A stretch of DNA of 64,000 nt, taken from assembly GCA_963805585.1 (NCBI GenBank), contig CAWDUR010000026.1, forward strand, positions 174,089-238,088, written 5' to 3'. Position numbers and translations under genes: made by a program. The stretch comes from an uncultured Chloroflexia bacterium. GTDB lineage: Bacteria; Chloroflexota; Limnocylindria; Limnocylindrales; CSP1-4. This document shows, in pieces, positions 18,936-30,722 of the stretch. The notes under the pieces are model-generated. The model was given only the letters and a program-made list of their open reading frames with translations. It did no database searches and was not told the origin of the DNA. Position 1 is the stretch's first letter; every line of letters starts with the position of its first letter.

Positions 18936-19616
18936 TCAGGTCGGCGCCCGAAGGGCGCCGTGGGATGGGGAACGCTGCGTCGGCGACGGTCGTTCGGTGT
19001 GCTCCTCGTTCCCGGGCCAGGTGAAGGGCACCCTCCGGGTCGCCGGGAGGATATCTGCCTGTCCCTTCAAGACGACCCTCAGCGTCTCCCGGATGATCCA
19101 GGCATCAAGCCGCAGCGACCAGTGGTCGACATACCAGACGTCGAGCTCGAATCGGCGCGCCCACTCCAGTGTGTGACGCCCGTGCACCTGCGCCAGTCCG
19201 GTCATGCCCGGCCTCACATCGTGACGCCGCGACTGCTCGGGCGAGTACAGCGGCAGGTAGCGCATCAGGAGCGGCCGGGGACCGACGAGGCTCATGTCCC
19301 CGCGGACGACGTTCCAGAGTTCCGGCACCTCGTCGAGGCTCGTGCGTCGGAGCCAGTATCCCAACCTGGTCAGGCGCTCTGCCTCCGGCAGGAGGGCGCC
19401 GTCGCTTCCGATCGCTGACGACATGGAGCGGAACTTGAGGATGGTGAAGGGCCGGCCGTGGAGACCCGGACGCTGTTGGCGGAAGAGCGCCGGCTCCCCG
19501 AGGGTGGTCCTGATCCCGATGGCGATGGCAGCGAGGAGTGGAGCGAGGACGACCAAGGCACAGGTGGCAATCACCAGGTCGAGGGCGCGCTTGACCTTCG
19601 AGGTCACCGATCCCAT
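18936..19616 (-). CDS. bacterial sugar transferase (polyprenyl glycosylphosphotransferase, WbaP/CpsE C-terminal domain family)
   Basis: MGSVTSKVKRALDLVIATCALVVLAPLLAAIAIGI..GEPALFRQQRPGLHGRPFTILKFRSM..DEVPELWNVVRGDMSLVGPRP..LRLDAWII; ATG 19616. Confidence 0.75.
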   Translation of the reverse strand: MGSVTSKVKRALDLVIATCALVVLAPLLAAIAIGIRTTLGEPALFRQQRPGLHGRPFTILKFRSMSSAIGSDGALLPEAERLTRLGYWLRRTSLDEVPELWNVVRGDMSLVGPRPLLMRYLPLYSPEQSRRHDVRPGMTGLAQVHGRHTLEWARRFELDVWYVDHWSLRLDAWIIRETLRVVLKGQADILPATRRVPFTWPGNEEHTERPSPTQRSPSHGALRAPT

Positions 19617-19786
19617 GACATGAGCCGCCGCGTCACGCCTGTGGGTGTGACGGCCCAAGTGGGCGGCGCCCGTCCGCCAGCCGTGCTGACTCGCTCGTCC
19701 GCCGGGCCGACTCGGCCAGCCGGGTCGGACCGCCCGGCAGCCGAGCGCCCACCTCGTTGCCCTCGATGGAGCACACCAGGTCGAGG

Positions 19787-20449
19787 TCATTGACGTGCGA
19801 GACGATGAAGTCGCGGTCTTCGCAGCTGCCCGGTGCGACGCAGGTAGGCGACGCTGTTGCTCACATCACAGGCCTCCGCCGGTGCGCCCTTCCAGCGCTC
19901 GATGAGCTCGATGCGTCGACGCCCCCGCGGGTCGATGGCCAGCCTGCACGAGGCGCTCGGCGATCCAGGCGCAGCACATCTGGTCTTCCTCGCGGAACTC
20001 GTTGCGGCTCCCGGCCCCGATCGATCGCGATGGGACCGGGATAGGACTCGAGGCTGCGCGCTGCCGCACCCCAGTTGCGGAAGCAGGCTGCCTGGGCGCG
20101 GTGGGGCGCACCTGCGGACGCGAGCATCAGCTCGGTCCCGGATGTCTGAGAGCACGATGAGCGCTCGCTCCGGGTCGTCCCGGGCCTCGAGCTCTGCCGG
20201 GCTGTTGTTCATATCGAAGCCACGGGGCATGGTGCCCCGCACCTCTCCCGCGAGGATGGCGCTGCCGAGCCCGGCGTGCAGCGCGAATGCCTCCGCGACA
20301 TCGGATGCGAGGATGCAGCGCCTGCCGGACGCCACCGCTGACACGACCATGGTCGTGGCGCGCACGACGTCGACGGCCACGATCGCATGATCGCCCATGT
20401 AGCGGCCCACGCTGGACGGATAACAGTCGATGACGACGGTCCGGCTCAT
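19787..20449 (-). pseudogene. 2-phosphosulfolactate phosphatase family protein (ComB-like), at least 2 apparent frameshifts
   Basis: MSRTVVIDCYPSSVGRYMGDHAIVAVDVVRATTMVVSAVASGRRCILASDVAEAFAL..LAGEVRGTMPRGFDMNNSPAEL; later segments (..CFRNWGAAARSLESYPGPIAI.., ..NEFREEDQMCCAWIAERLVQAG..) lie in two other frames. Confidence 0.6.
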
Positions 20450-20933
20450 GGCGTGACGACGTCCGCGACCACCGCTCCCGGCCGCAGTTTCTCGTGCCGG
20501 AACGCATCCGAGTGCAACCCTCGCCGGTAGATCCTGCGTCTCCCGACGGTCATGTGACCGTCCTCAGCGGACAGCATCGTCACCCCTCGCCTGTGGCCGA
20601 CTTGCGGTCGGACCTGCCCAAGGTCGTCGATCGACTCGTCGCGCCACGGGGTTCGACGTCGCGGGCCCCGCGTGGCCCGTGCCACGTCCTGGCACACGCG
20701 TCTGCTGTGCGCGAGTTGCTTCGAATGCTAAGAGGACGGTTCACCAACGGGCGTATCAAATCCATCTCCATACCGGGGCCTCCGGTTAGGGCTGCATGGA
20801 TGCCGCGGGGCCATGCGGCTGCTCCGGCCACGGATGGGCTTACCCCTGTCGTCCCACCCCCACGACCCACGGATGCTCACGATCGCCCGTCAGGCCGTCC
20901 TCAGGGTGGTCCCCCGCTGCTATCGTGGCGCGG

Positions 20934-23900
20934 ATGGACTTCCGGATCGCCCGCCAGGCACGGGACCGCTACGGATTCGAGGAGCACCTCTTCTCCACGG
21001 ACGGTGAGGCCATCGTGCTGGACGTGTCCCGGGCCACGGCGTTGGCCGAACGCTTCGTGATCGAGCGGGATGCGCGGGCACGGGCGGCCTCGGAGCTCGC
21101 CGCCATCGGCCTCATCCACGAGCTGGGCCATCGTGCCGTGGCCGTGGAGCGCCGTACCGATCCGCGGGGCGGCGGGCCCCTCGCCCGCGGGCTCGAGTCC
21201 CTGGACGGGCGCATCGGCCAGGCACCCGTCGACACCGGGCTCATCGCCTTCGAGACGGCCTTCCCCTCCCTGCCTGTCTACCGAGCCGACATGCGCGCCG
21301 GCGACTGGCTGGCCCGCCCGAAGGGTACCGTTCCTGGACGCGAGGCCGCACTCGAGGAACTGGCCCTGGCGTCGATCGCAGCGGACAACCCGGCCGCGGC
21401 CGCCTACCGCGACCTCATCGACGACGCCTGCCTTGCGGAGGCCCCGCAGCGGCGACTGGTGGACGGCCTGGCCGGTGCCGACCTGCCTGCTGACGATCCC
21501 GACCCGGACCGCACGGCGCCCGCCCGCACCCTCATGGGCCGACTGAGGGAGCCCATCCTGGCCGCGCCCCATTCATTGGCTGCACAGCTGCGCTGGATCC
21601 GCATCCACTGGGCGGGCTGGCTCGACGACGCAGACTTGCGCATCATCGACCGATCCCTCGGCAGCCTCGATGAGATCGAGCGGGCCACCTGGCTGCGCGC
21701 CCGGCGCACGCCGGGCGGTGGCGTGGACGATGCCGACGCACTGGCCGGACTGCGCCTGCTGGACGAGGAGGTCGAGGCCTTCAGCGCCGACCGGGACTGG
21801 ATGGCCGAGCTGGTGCTGGTGGCCAAGTCCACGTACGTGTGGCTGGCCCAGCTGTCCGCCACCTACGGACGGAAGATCAGCCGGCTCGACCAGGTGCCCG
21901 ACGAGGAGCTCGACGAGCTCGCGGCGCGGGGCTTCACGGGCCTCTGGCTCATCGGCCTCTGGGAGCGCAGCCCGGCCTCGCGGCGCATCAAGCGGATGCG
22001 CGGCAACCCTGACGCCATGGCCTCTGCCTACTCCGTGTTCGACTATCGCATCGCCGACGAGCTGGGCGGCGACGACGCCTGGCGCTCACTGCGCGAGCGG
22101 GCCGCGGCGCGGGGCGTCCGCCTGGCGGCGGACATGGTGCCCAACCACATGGGCATCGATTCCCGCTGGGTCGTGGAGCACCCGGAGCACTTCATCTCGT
22201 CGCCCTTCCCGCCCTACGAGGCCTACTCGTTCACGGGCGCGGACCTCTCGTCGGACGACCGCGTGGTCATCCAGATCGAGGACCACTACTGGGATTCTTC
22301 GGATGCGGCCGTGGTCTTCAAACGGATCGACAAGGCGACCGGCGAGACGCGCTATATCTACCACGGGAATGACGGCACGAGCTTCCCCTGGAACGACACG
22401 GCACAGCTCGACTACCTCCGGGCGGACGTCCGCGAGGCGGTCATCGGCCAGATCCTGGAGGTCGCCAGGCGCTTCCACGTCATCCGCTTCGACGCCGCCA
22501 TGGTGCTGGCGCGCCGCCACATCCAGCGCCTCTGGTATCCGCTGCCGGGGCATGAGTCGGGTATCCCGTCCCGCTCTTCGGCGGCCCTGCCGGCGGCCGA
22601 GCTGGCCCGGCGCATGCCGACCGAGTTCTGGCGCGAGGTCGTCGACCGCGTGGCTGCGGAGGTGCCTGACACGCTGCTGCTGGCCGAGGCCTTCTGGCTG
22701 ATGGAGGGCTACTTCGTGCGCACCCTGGGCATGCACCGCGTCTACAACAGCGCCTTCATGCACATGCTGCGTGACGAGAAGAATGCCGGCTACCAGCAGG
22801 TCATCCGCGAGACGGTCGCCTTCGATGCCCGCATCCTGGGTCGCTACGTCAACTTCATGAACAACCCCGACGAGCGGTCCGCCGTGGACCAGTTCGGCAG
22901 CCACGACAAGTACTTCGGCGTTGCCACGATGTTGGCGACCCTGCCCGGATTGCCCATGTTCGGGCACGGGCAGGTGGAGGGCTTCAGCGAGCAGTACGGC
23001 ATGGAATTCCGGCGACCGCAGCGAGACGAGACGCCTGACGACGGCCTCGTGGAGCGTCATCGGCGCCAGATCTTCCCGCTCCTGCGGCAGCGTTGGCGCT
23101 TCGCGGGGGCTGGCGGCTTCCGGCAATTGACGGCCTTCGAGAGCGGGACGGAGGTGCCCGATGTCTTCGCCTATGCCAACCGCGCGGAGCACGGTCCTGC
23201 CGATGCCGTCGAGCGTCGATCCCTGGTGATCTACCTCAATCGCTATCCGCGGGCCAACGTGCGCATCCCGGGTGCGGCTGAGGCGCTAGGCCTGTCGGGG
23301 AGCGCGGACGACTACCTCATCCTGCGCGACCAGCGCAGTGGCCTGGACTACCTGCGCGGGGTGCGCGACCTGCGCGAGCACGGCTTGGAGCTCGCGCTGG
23401 ACGGCTACGCCTGCCACGTCTTCCTGGGCTTCGAGGAAGTCTCCGACGCCGACGCTGCCGGCTGGGGCGAGCTGGCCATGCGGATCGGGCTCGGCGGCGT
23501 ACCCGATGCGCATCGTGCGCTGCGTCGACTGCGGGAGGAGCCCCTGCGAGCGGCCGTCGCCGCGGTCTTCGCCACGCGCCTTGCGGGTGACGCCTTCCGG
23601 CCGGCGCCGGACGACGCCGCCGGCCGTCACTGCGACTGCGGCGGCCGCGGCATCGGACGATGCAGAGCTGCAGGCGGCACTCGAACGGATCGCCGCGGCC
23701 GCCGGCACCGATGGGCTGCCCGCCGGCGTGATCGTCCGGTCGGCCGAGCTGGCCCGCCGCGTCCGCGGGCTGCATCCCCGCATCGTGGCCCAGGCCGTGG
23801 CCGGGGAGATCCTGGCCTCCGCCATCGGGGAGGTCGCCTATGGCGACGACCGCGGACGCGCGATCGTAGCCTTCGACGATTGGGACATGGCGGCGGCCAT

Positions 23901-24342
23901 CGACGAGGGTGCCCGCGGCTCCGGCAGCAGCGACGCCCAGGCCTGGCGGTGCGTGGAGCTGGCTCGCGCGCTGCTGGCCCTGCCGCCCGGCGCTCTGATA
24001 GACGCCGCTGCCGCGGCCGGGCTGCCCGACTCCTGGTTCGAGCTGACCGCCGTCCGCGCCGCGAGCGGCTGGAACGAGTGGCAAGGCGCTCGCTATCTGT
24101 CGCAGGAGGCCTGGTCGGAGCTTCTGGAAGCCCTGGGCGCGCGCGATTCGTTGATCGCCCAAGCCGCCGCCGAGGGGCAGATCGCTGTCCGGGATGAGGC
24201 TGCTGCCCGGGAGCAGGCTGCTGCCAGGGGCCAGGCAGCTGCGGCTGCGGCGGTCGCCGAGCTCAGGCGTCGCGCGGCAGCGGCAGGCTACCGCCTTGGC
24301 AGCCCCAGCGAGAGCTCTGCCAGCGGCATCGCCGGGCTGAGC
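20934..24342 (+). pseudogene. large alpha-amylase-family protein (~1100 aa; GH13-like DMVPNHMG region plus N- and C-terminal extensions); apparent frameshift near 23625; 3' boundary uncertain (no stop before UDG gene)
   Basis: MDFRIARQARDRYGFEEHLF..GFTGLWLIGLWERSPASRRIKRMRGNPDAMASAYSVFDY..GVRLAADMVPNHMGIDSRWVVEHPEHF..VIRFDAAMV..LLAEAFWLMEGYFVRTLGMHRVYNSAFM; frame 1 to ~23625 then frame 3. Confidence 0.6.
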
Positions 24343-25032
24343 ATGGACCGTCTCGGCGACCTTGTCGCCGACATCACGACCTGTCGTCGCTGCCCCAGGC
24401 TTGTCGCCTGGCGCGAGGAGGTGGCCCAGCGTCGCGTGGCCCGACACCGGGACGACGTCTACTGGGGCCGCCCACTGCCCGGCTTCGGTGACCCGCAGGC
24501 GAGACTGCTGCTGCTCGGCCTGGCGCCGGCCGCTCACGGGGGCAACCGGACGGGCCGCGTCTTCACGGGGGACAACCCTGGTGGCTCGGGCGAACTCCTG
24601 TTCGAGGCGCTCTATCGTGCCCGCTACTCGCCTCGGCCTCGCTCGCTCGGTGCGGGCGATGACCTGCGGCTGCAGGACGCCTACATCGCGGCAGCCACGC
24701 GCTGCGCGCCACCCGACAACAAGCCGACCACGGCCGAGCGTGATGCCTGCCTGCCTTTCCTCGTCCGAGAGCTGCGCCTGCTGTCAGAGCTGCGCGTGGT
24801 GCTGGCCCTGGGCGGCTATGCCTGGGCCGCAGCCCTGCTGAGCCTGGCACAGCTGGGCCACCGGACCTCGCCCCGTCCGCGCTTCGGCCACGCTGCGGAG
24901 GCGACGGTCGGTCCCTACCGACTGCTGGGTTGTTACCACCCCAGCCAGCAGAACACGTTCACCGGGCGCCTCACTTCGGCCATGTTGGACGAGGTCCTGA
25001 CCCGGGTGCGGGAGCTGACCGACTCGCCCTGA
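24343..25032 (+). CDS. uracil-DNA glycosylase, family 4/5 (UdgB-like; GLAPAAHGG motif A, 4Fe-4S cysteines)
   Basis: MDRLGDLVADITTCRRCPRLVAWREEV..VYWGRPLPGFGDPQARLLLLGLAPAAHGGNRTGRVFTGDNPGGSGELL..LLGCYHPSQQNTFTGRL. Confidence 0.8.
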   Translation: MDRLGDLVADITTCRRCPRLVAWREEVAQRRVARHRDDVYWGRPLPGFGDPQARLLLLGLAPAAHGGNRTGRVFTGDNPGGSGELLFEALYRARYSPRPRSLGAGDDLRLQDAYIAAATRCAPPDNKPTTAERDACLPFLVRELRLLSELRVVLALGGYAWAAALLSLAQLGHRTSPRPRFGHAAEATVGPYRLLGCYHPSQQNTFTGRLTSAMLDEVLTRVRELTDSP

Positions 25033-25184
25033 CGGGCATGTCGACCGACCGTCACCCATCGCACGCGTGCCACCACATAGCGGCCTCGTGACAATTCGGC
25101 GGCCCGCGTGCATACTCCGCGACGCTGACGGATGAGGGAGCTCTTCGCTCCGGGGGGAACGGTCGCCCACGAGAAGGAGAGCTG

Positions 25185-26447
25185 ATGACTAGCGGGAAGG
25201 TAGGAGTCCTCGCGACCACGGTGGCCGCCATCGCGCTGCTGGGCGCACCAGCTGCGGCCCAGGGCCCCACGGTCGAGGTGCTCGCGGAGGGCCTGAACAT
25301 CCCCCGTGGCCTCACGGTCGCTGCGGACGGCTCGATCTACGTCGTCGAGGCCGGGACCGCCGGCGAGAGTTGCATGGGTGAGGGCGAGGAGCAGGTCTGC
25401 ATGGGACCTACTGGCGCCATCACCAAGATCGCGGACGGCTCGACCTCTCAGGTCGCCACGGGCCTGCTGTCAGCAGGACTGAGTGGTGGTGCCGAGATCG
25501 TGGGAGCCTCGGATGTGGCTGTGGCAGCTGACGGCACGCTGTACGTGACCATGAACCTGGGCGGCGACCCGGCCGAGCGTGAGAGCTTCCCGCCGGAGGC
25601 CGGCGCCGCCGGCTGGCTCGTCAAGATCGGTGCAGACGGCACCGTCGAGCCCTTCGCCGACGTCGCGGCTTTCGAGGGCGCCAACAACCCGGAGCCCACG
25701 ATGGTCGACTCGAACCCCTACTCGGTGACCGTCACGGACAGCGGCTTCGTCGTCGCCGACGCCGGCGGCAACGACCTGCTGGCGGTCGATGAGAGCGGCG
25801 TCGTCTCGCTGATCGCGGCCTTCCCGCCCTTCGAGGCCATGTTCTCGGCTGAGCTCCTGGCAGCCATGGGCCCTCCACCAGAGGAGGAGAACGCCCTGCC
25901 CGTCGAGAGCTCCGAGGCCACCGAGAGCGCCGTGCCCGCTGAGGGCGAGGAGATGGCCGAGGAAGAGGCACCCGCCGAAGCCGCCAGTGGCGCTCCGGCC
26001 GAGGGCGAGATGGTGCCGCTGCCCGTCGAATGGGTACCCACCTCCGTCGTGGTCGGGCCTGATGGTGCCTACTACGTCGGCCAGTTGACCGGTGGTCCCT
26101 TCCCAGTCGGCGGTGCGTCGGTCCTGCGGGTCGATCCGGCGACCGGCGAGACCAGCACCTACGCAACGGGCTTCACCAACATCATCGACATCGCCTTCGG
26201 TCCGGACGGCACGCTGTACGTGGCCGAGATCGTGCACGACGGCCTGATGGGTGTCTTCACCGCGGGCGCGGCGCCCATCGGTGCGCTTCTCAGCGTCCCG
26301 CCCGGTGGTGGCGAGCCGACGATCCTCATCAACGACGAGACCTTCATGGCGCCCGGTGGCCTGGCCGTCGACGCCGAGGGCAACATCCTCGCCTCGCTCA
26401 ACACCTTGACTCCGGGAGCCGGCAGCGTGGTCAAGATCACGCCGTAG
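25185..26447 (+). CDS. ScyD/ScyE-family secreted beta-propeller protein (signal peptide, acidic insert)
   Basis: MTSGKVGVLATTVAAIALLGAPAAAQ signal; repeated ..DGSIYVVE / DGTLYVT / DGAYYVGQ / DGTLYVAE blades; 420 aa. Confidence 0.7.
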   Translation: MTSGKVGVLATTVAAIALLGAPAAAQGPTVEVLAEGLNIPRGLTVAADGSIYVVEAGTAGESCMGEGEEQVCMGPTGAITKIADGSTSQVATGLLSAGLSGGAEIVGASDVAVAADGTLYVTMNLGGDPAERESFPPEAGAAGWLVKIGADGTVEPFADVAAFEGANNPEPTMVDSNPYSVTVTDSGFVVADAGGNDLLAVDESGVVSLIAAFPPFEAMFSAELLAAMGPPPEEENALPVESSEATESAVPAEGEEMAEEEAPAEAASGAPAEGEMVPLPVEWVPTSVVVGPDGAYYVGQLTGGPFPVGGASVLRVDPATGETSTYATGFTNIIDIAFGPDGTLYVAEIVHDGLMGVFTAGAAPIGALLSVPPGGGEPTILINDETFMAPGGLAVDAEGNILASLNTLTPGAGSVVKITP

Positions 26448-26532
26448 CCTCAGACCCGGCGAAAGTCCACGACGGCTCGTCCCCAGCGGGGCGGGCCGTC
26501 GTCCTTGTCCGGCGGGCTTCGACCGCCCGCGA

Positions 26533-27459
26533 TCAGGCCAGGTGGCGGAAGTTCGGCCAGAGCGAGAGGTCGAAGTCCGGTGCCATAGCGATGAGCTGCC
26601 GCACGTCCTCCTCGAACGTCTCGACCAGGTCCGCCGGCTCGTCGAGGGCCTTGGGCGAGGGTCGCTTCCTGCTCACGTTGACGGGCTTGCCCAGGATCGA
26701 TTCGTCTGGCAGCCATTCGTCCAGGCCCAGGAACTCCAGTGTCTTCAAGTATTGGCCGGCCGGATCCGTAAGGCATTGCTCGAACTGCAGGATGAGCACG
26801 CGGTCCCGCCCGAAGGCCTCAACGTAGCGACTCAGCGAGAAGGCGTAGAAGGAGCGCGCGTAGGCGTCCTTTCGGCCGGCCCACAGGTTGAGGGACTTGC
26901 CACGGTTCTCCTTGCGCTTCTGCCACTGGCCCACCCCGGATCGGTAGCGCTCGACCGGGTCGCGCAGCTGCACCAGCAGTTTGGCCTCCGGCGCCACCGC
27001 CTTCATGGTGTCCACGACACCGGGCACGCTCATGTAGCGCGGCGTCCACTCGCCGGTGATGGCGCCCTCCGGCCGCGGGAAGAAGCGGTAATACGACTCG
27101 CGGTCGGCCTCGAACATGGGCCGCCAGCCGAGTCGAGTGAGCTGGTGTGTCTCCTTGAGCTCGCCCACCACCTGCGGATGCCGGGCGATGAGCTTCCACC
27201 AGAACGTCGTGCCAGCCTTCTGGACGCCGATGCCGATGTAGTCGGGCGGGCCGATGCGCCAGCCCTCCGGCACGGGCGGCGGGGTCTTGCCCGCGGCGCT
27301 CCTGGGCTTGCCCGCGGGCGTGCCGGCCCGCTTTCGTCGAGCTCCCGGTGCGGGACCGGGACGCACGAGTCGCTTGATGCGCCGCAGGACGCTCACGTGG
27401 CGTCTTCGCGCGTGCTCAGGCCAGTCCAGGCCCTGGCGGCCGATGTTCGATCCATCCAT
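26533..27459 (-). CDS. sulfotransferase family protein (PAPS-dependent; 5'-PSB GVQKAGTT and 3'-PB LRDPVER motifs); start may be internal
   Basis: ..PPDYIGIGVQKAGTTFWWKLIARHPQVV..LLVQLRDPVERYRSG..; basic N-terminal extension. Confidence 0.7.
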   Translation of the reverse strand: MDGSNIGRQGLDWPEHARRRHVSVLRRIKRLVRPGPAPGARRKRAGTPAGKPRSAAGKTPPPVPEGWRIGPPDYIGIGVQKAGTTFWWKLIARHPQVVGELKETHQLTRLGWRPMFEADRESYYRFFPRPEGAITGEWTPRYMSVPGVVDTMKAVAPEAKLLVQLRDPVERYRSGVGQWQKRKENRGKSLNLWAGRKDAYARSFYAFSLSRYVEAFGRDRVLILQFEQCLTDPAGQYLKTLEFLGLDEWLPDESILGKPVNVSRKRPSPKALDEPADLVETFEEDVRQLIAMAPDFDLSLWPNFRHLA

Positions 27460-27514
27460 CCGAGTGTGCCACGTGACGACGCCTGGATGTACCCCGCGCC
27501 GGGGGGCCGGAGCC

Positions 27515-28348
27515 TCAGGCAGGGATGTCGCGCCGCTCGAAGAGCCACACGCTGGCGGCCAGGGCCGCGAGCGTGAGGAAGACCAGGATGCCCGCCGAGA
27601 CGAGATCGACCCCGTTGGAGAGCGGGTCCGAGCCGTTGTAGTGGTACCACGGCGACAGGCCGGCCAGGCCTTTCAGCGACGCGGACAGCGGCAGGAACGA
27701 GGCCACCACGTAGGCCAGGAAAGCGGCGCCAGCTGCCAGCAGCAGGCTGCGCAGGCGCCGCCCCGTGATGACCGAGATGAGCAGCGCGAGGCCTCCCGTG
27801 GCCGCACCGAGGAGTGCCAGGTGCAAGCTCATGGCCAACACATCCGAGGCTGCCACAGGCAGGCCGGCGATGAGCACGCCGACCCACACCCCGAGGCCGG
27901 TCAGCAGTGCCGCCACGACCACGTGCACGAGCATGGCCAGCGCCTTGTCCATCGCCAGGCGCCGGCGTGAGATCGGGTTGATGGCCAACAGGCCCATCGA
28001 GCCGACCTCGATCTCGCCCGCCAGGGCCTTCGAGGCCGAGGCGATGGCGACCCAGATGACCGCCGCCGGCGCCATCATCGAGTACATCTCGCCGTTCAGG
28101 AAGCCTGCTGGCGTGGCCATGTCCGCGCCACCCAAGAAGCTCGTGAACTCCTCGGGGATCATGGCCATCATCTGGCCGATGCTGTCCTGCATGGGCACGA
28201 ACATCGGGCCCAGCACGAGGCCCATCAGGCCCATCAGGCCGCCGGCCACGATGGCGGTGGGCAGGCGGTCGGCGACGGCCTTGCTGAAGGTGCCCTGCAG
28301 CGCCAGCCGCTGCCAGGGACGGACATGAGCGGATGGTGCGCCGATCAC
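27515..28348 (-). CDS. ABC-2 family exporter permease
   Basis: 277-aa 6-TM ORF, ABC-2 topology, directly downstream of second permease and ATPase. Confidence 0.65.
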   Translation of the reverse strand: MIGAPSAHVRPWQRLALQGTFSKAVADRLPTAIVAGGLMGLMGLVLGPMFVPMQDSIGQMMAMIPEEFTSFLGGADMATPAGFLNGEMYSMMAPAAVIWVAIASASKALAGEIEVGSMGLLAINPISRRRLAMDKALAMLVHVVVAALLTGLGVWVGVLIAGLPVAASDVLAMSLHLALLGAATGGLALLISVITGRRLRSLLLAAGAAFLAYVVASFLPLSASLKGLAGLSPWYHYNGSDPLSNGVDLVSAGILVFLTLAALAASVWLFERRDIPA

Positions 28349-28350
28349 GG

Positions 28351-29125
28351 CTAGACCCGCAGGTCCCGGCGCTGCAGGCCGACGAAGCTGGCGGCGAAGA
28401 GCGCCGCGGCAGCCGCGACGGCGATGAGCAGGAGCGCCGGGTCGAGGCCGCGTCGCAGGGCGTCCGCTCCGGAGTACAGGTGCCAGGGCGAGAGGCGCGC
28501 CAGGTCCGCCAGATCCTCCACGATGGGCAGCCAGGTGTTGACCACGTAGGACACCACGGCCGTGATGCCGGCCACGCCCAGGCCCAGGGCTGACGATCCC
28601 GTCCAGGCGCTCACCGCCAGCGCCAGCGAGCCGAAGAGCAGCGCCAGCGCCGCCAGGTGGACGCTGGCCGCGACGGTGTCCTGGCCCGTCATGTCGATGC
28701 CCACTACCCCCGCGATGGCGCTGATCCCCAGCCAGACGGCGAACACGATGAGCAGGACGCCGATGATGGCCACGGCGGCCTTAGCCAGCAGCACGTGGCC
28801 GCGGCTGACCGGATTGGCCAGCAGTAGTGCCAGCGTCCCGCCCTCCTCCTCGCCGACGGCCGCGCCGCTGCCCATGGCGATGGCGTAGACGAGCAGCACC
28901 AGCGGGCTTACGAGGGTGAACATGGCCATGCCCACCAGTCCGGCCACGGAGCCCATCGATTCGCCATAGACGACGCGCAGCCAATCCGGCATGTCCTCCA
29001 TGAGCCCCAGGTAGCCCTCGCCGAACTCCGCGTACATGGGCAGGGCCACGCCGGCCATGACCAGCAGGACGGCGACGCCGGCCGCGGTCCAGGCGAGCGC
29101 GTCCCGGGCGCTCTTGCGCAGGACG

Positions 29126-29136
<11 letters not shown>
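28351..29136 (-). CDS. ABC-2 family exporter permease
   Basis: MLTSVLRKSARDALAWTAAGVAVLLVMAG..; ATG (cat) 29134-29136, 11-nt overlap with ATPase stop. Confidence 0.65.
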
Positions 29137-30056
<920 letters not shown>

Positions 30057-30198
30057 ACCCAGAATCAGAGTCCCGCATCGAGGGCGACGGCAACGGCCGA
30101 AGGCAGCGACTGCATGGGCCCAGCGGCCCATGCTGGGCGCTGCCTCCCACCTTCTGGCGTGGCCCATGGTCAACTCGCCAGCATGCTCGGCGTCGCTG

Positions 30199-30552
30199 TC
30201 AACAGGTGACGTGCAGGATGGCGAAGACCTGCTTGGCAGGGTCCTCGGCCAGGAGCCGGCAGGCCTCCGCGGTGGGCAGTGAGATCAGCGCCACTCCGCG
30301 ACGTCCCGCCTCGACGACGACCTCGTCCATGACCGGCAGCCTGCCCGATGCGCCGGTCCCGATGACGAGCCGCTTCCCGGACCAGGGGATGTCCTCCAGC
30401 ACTGACAGCGGGGTGTGGCCGAAGTCCTCCTTGAAGGGCTTCGAGGGACCCTTGCGCCGCTTGCGCACGGCGCCCGCCTCGATGACCACGTCGTGCTCGT
30501 AGCGCTGGCCCTCGATCTCGATGACGCCGAAAGCGATGAGCTCAAGTTGCAC
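30199..30552 (-). CDS. Mth938-like domain protein (DUF498 family), GTG start preceded by GAGGAGG
   Basis: VQLELIAFGVIEIEGQRYEHDVVIEAGAVRKRRKGPSKPFKEDFGHTPLSVLEDIPWSGKRLVIGTGASGRLPV; upstream ORF extension uses rare codons (ata, cta, tat). Confidence 0.55.
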   Translation of the reverse strand: MQLELIAFGVIEIEGQRYEHDVVIEAGAVRKRRKGPSKPFKEDFGHTPLSVLEDIPWSGKRLVIGTGASGRLPVMDEVVVEAGRRGVALISLPTAEACRLLAEDPAKQVFAILHVTC

Positions 30553-30722
30553 GGTGACGAAGGCCCTCCTCAGTAGTATGAGTCGACCATATGTAACCGG
30601 CGCCACGTGACGCGGTCAAGTCCCGGACGTGGGGTTGTGAACGGCCAGCGGATCGGTCACCCATAAGCAGCCAGCGACTTGGCCGCCATGGTGGCGGAAC
30701 GCATGAACTGACCACCCCAGGG

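Noticed and set aside
20446-20697. 83-aa minus-strand ORF ending 3 nt before comB
   Set aside because: Only ~35 aa look protein-like and there is no recognisable family. Probably the 5'-UTR/leader region of comB.
20796-20933. Upstream extension of amylase-family ORF (MDAAGPCGCSGHGW..)
   Set aside because: No homology. The conserved N-terminus begins at MDFRIARQARDRYGF (ATG 20934).
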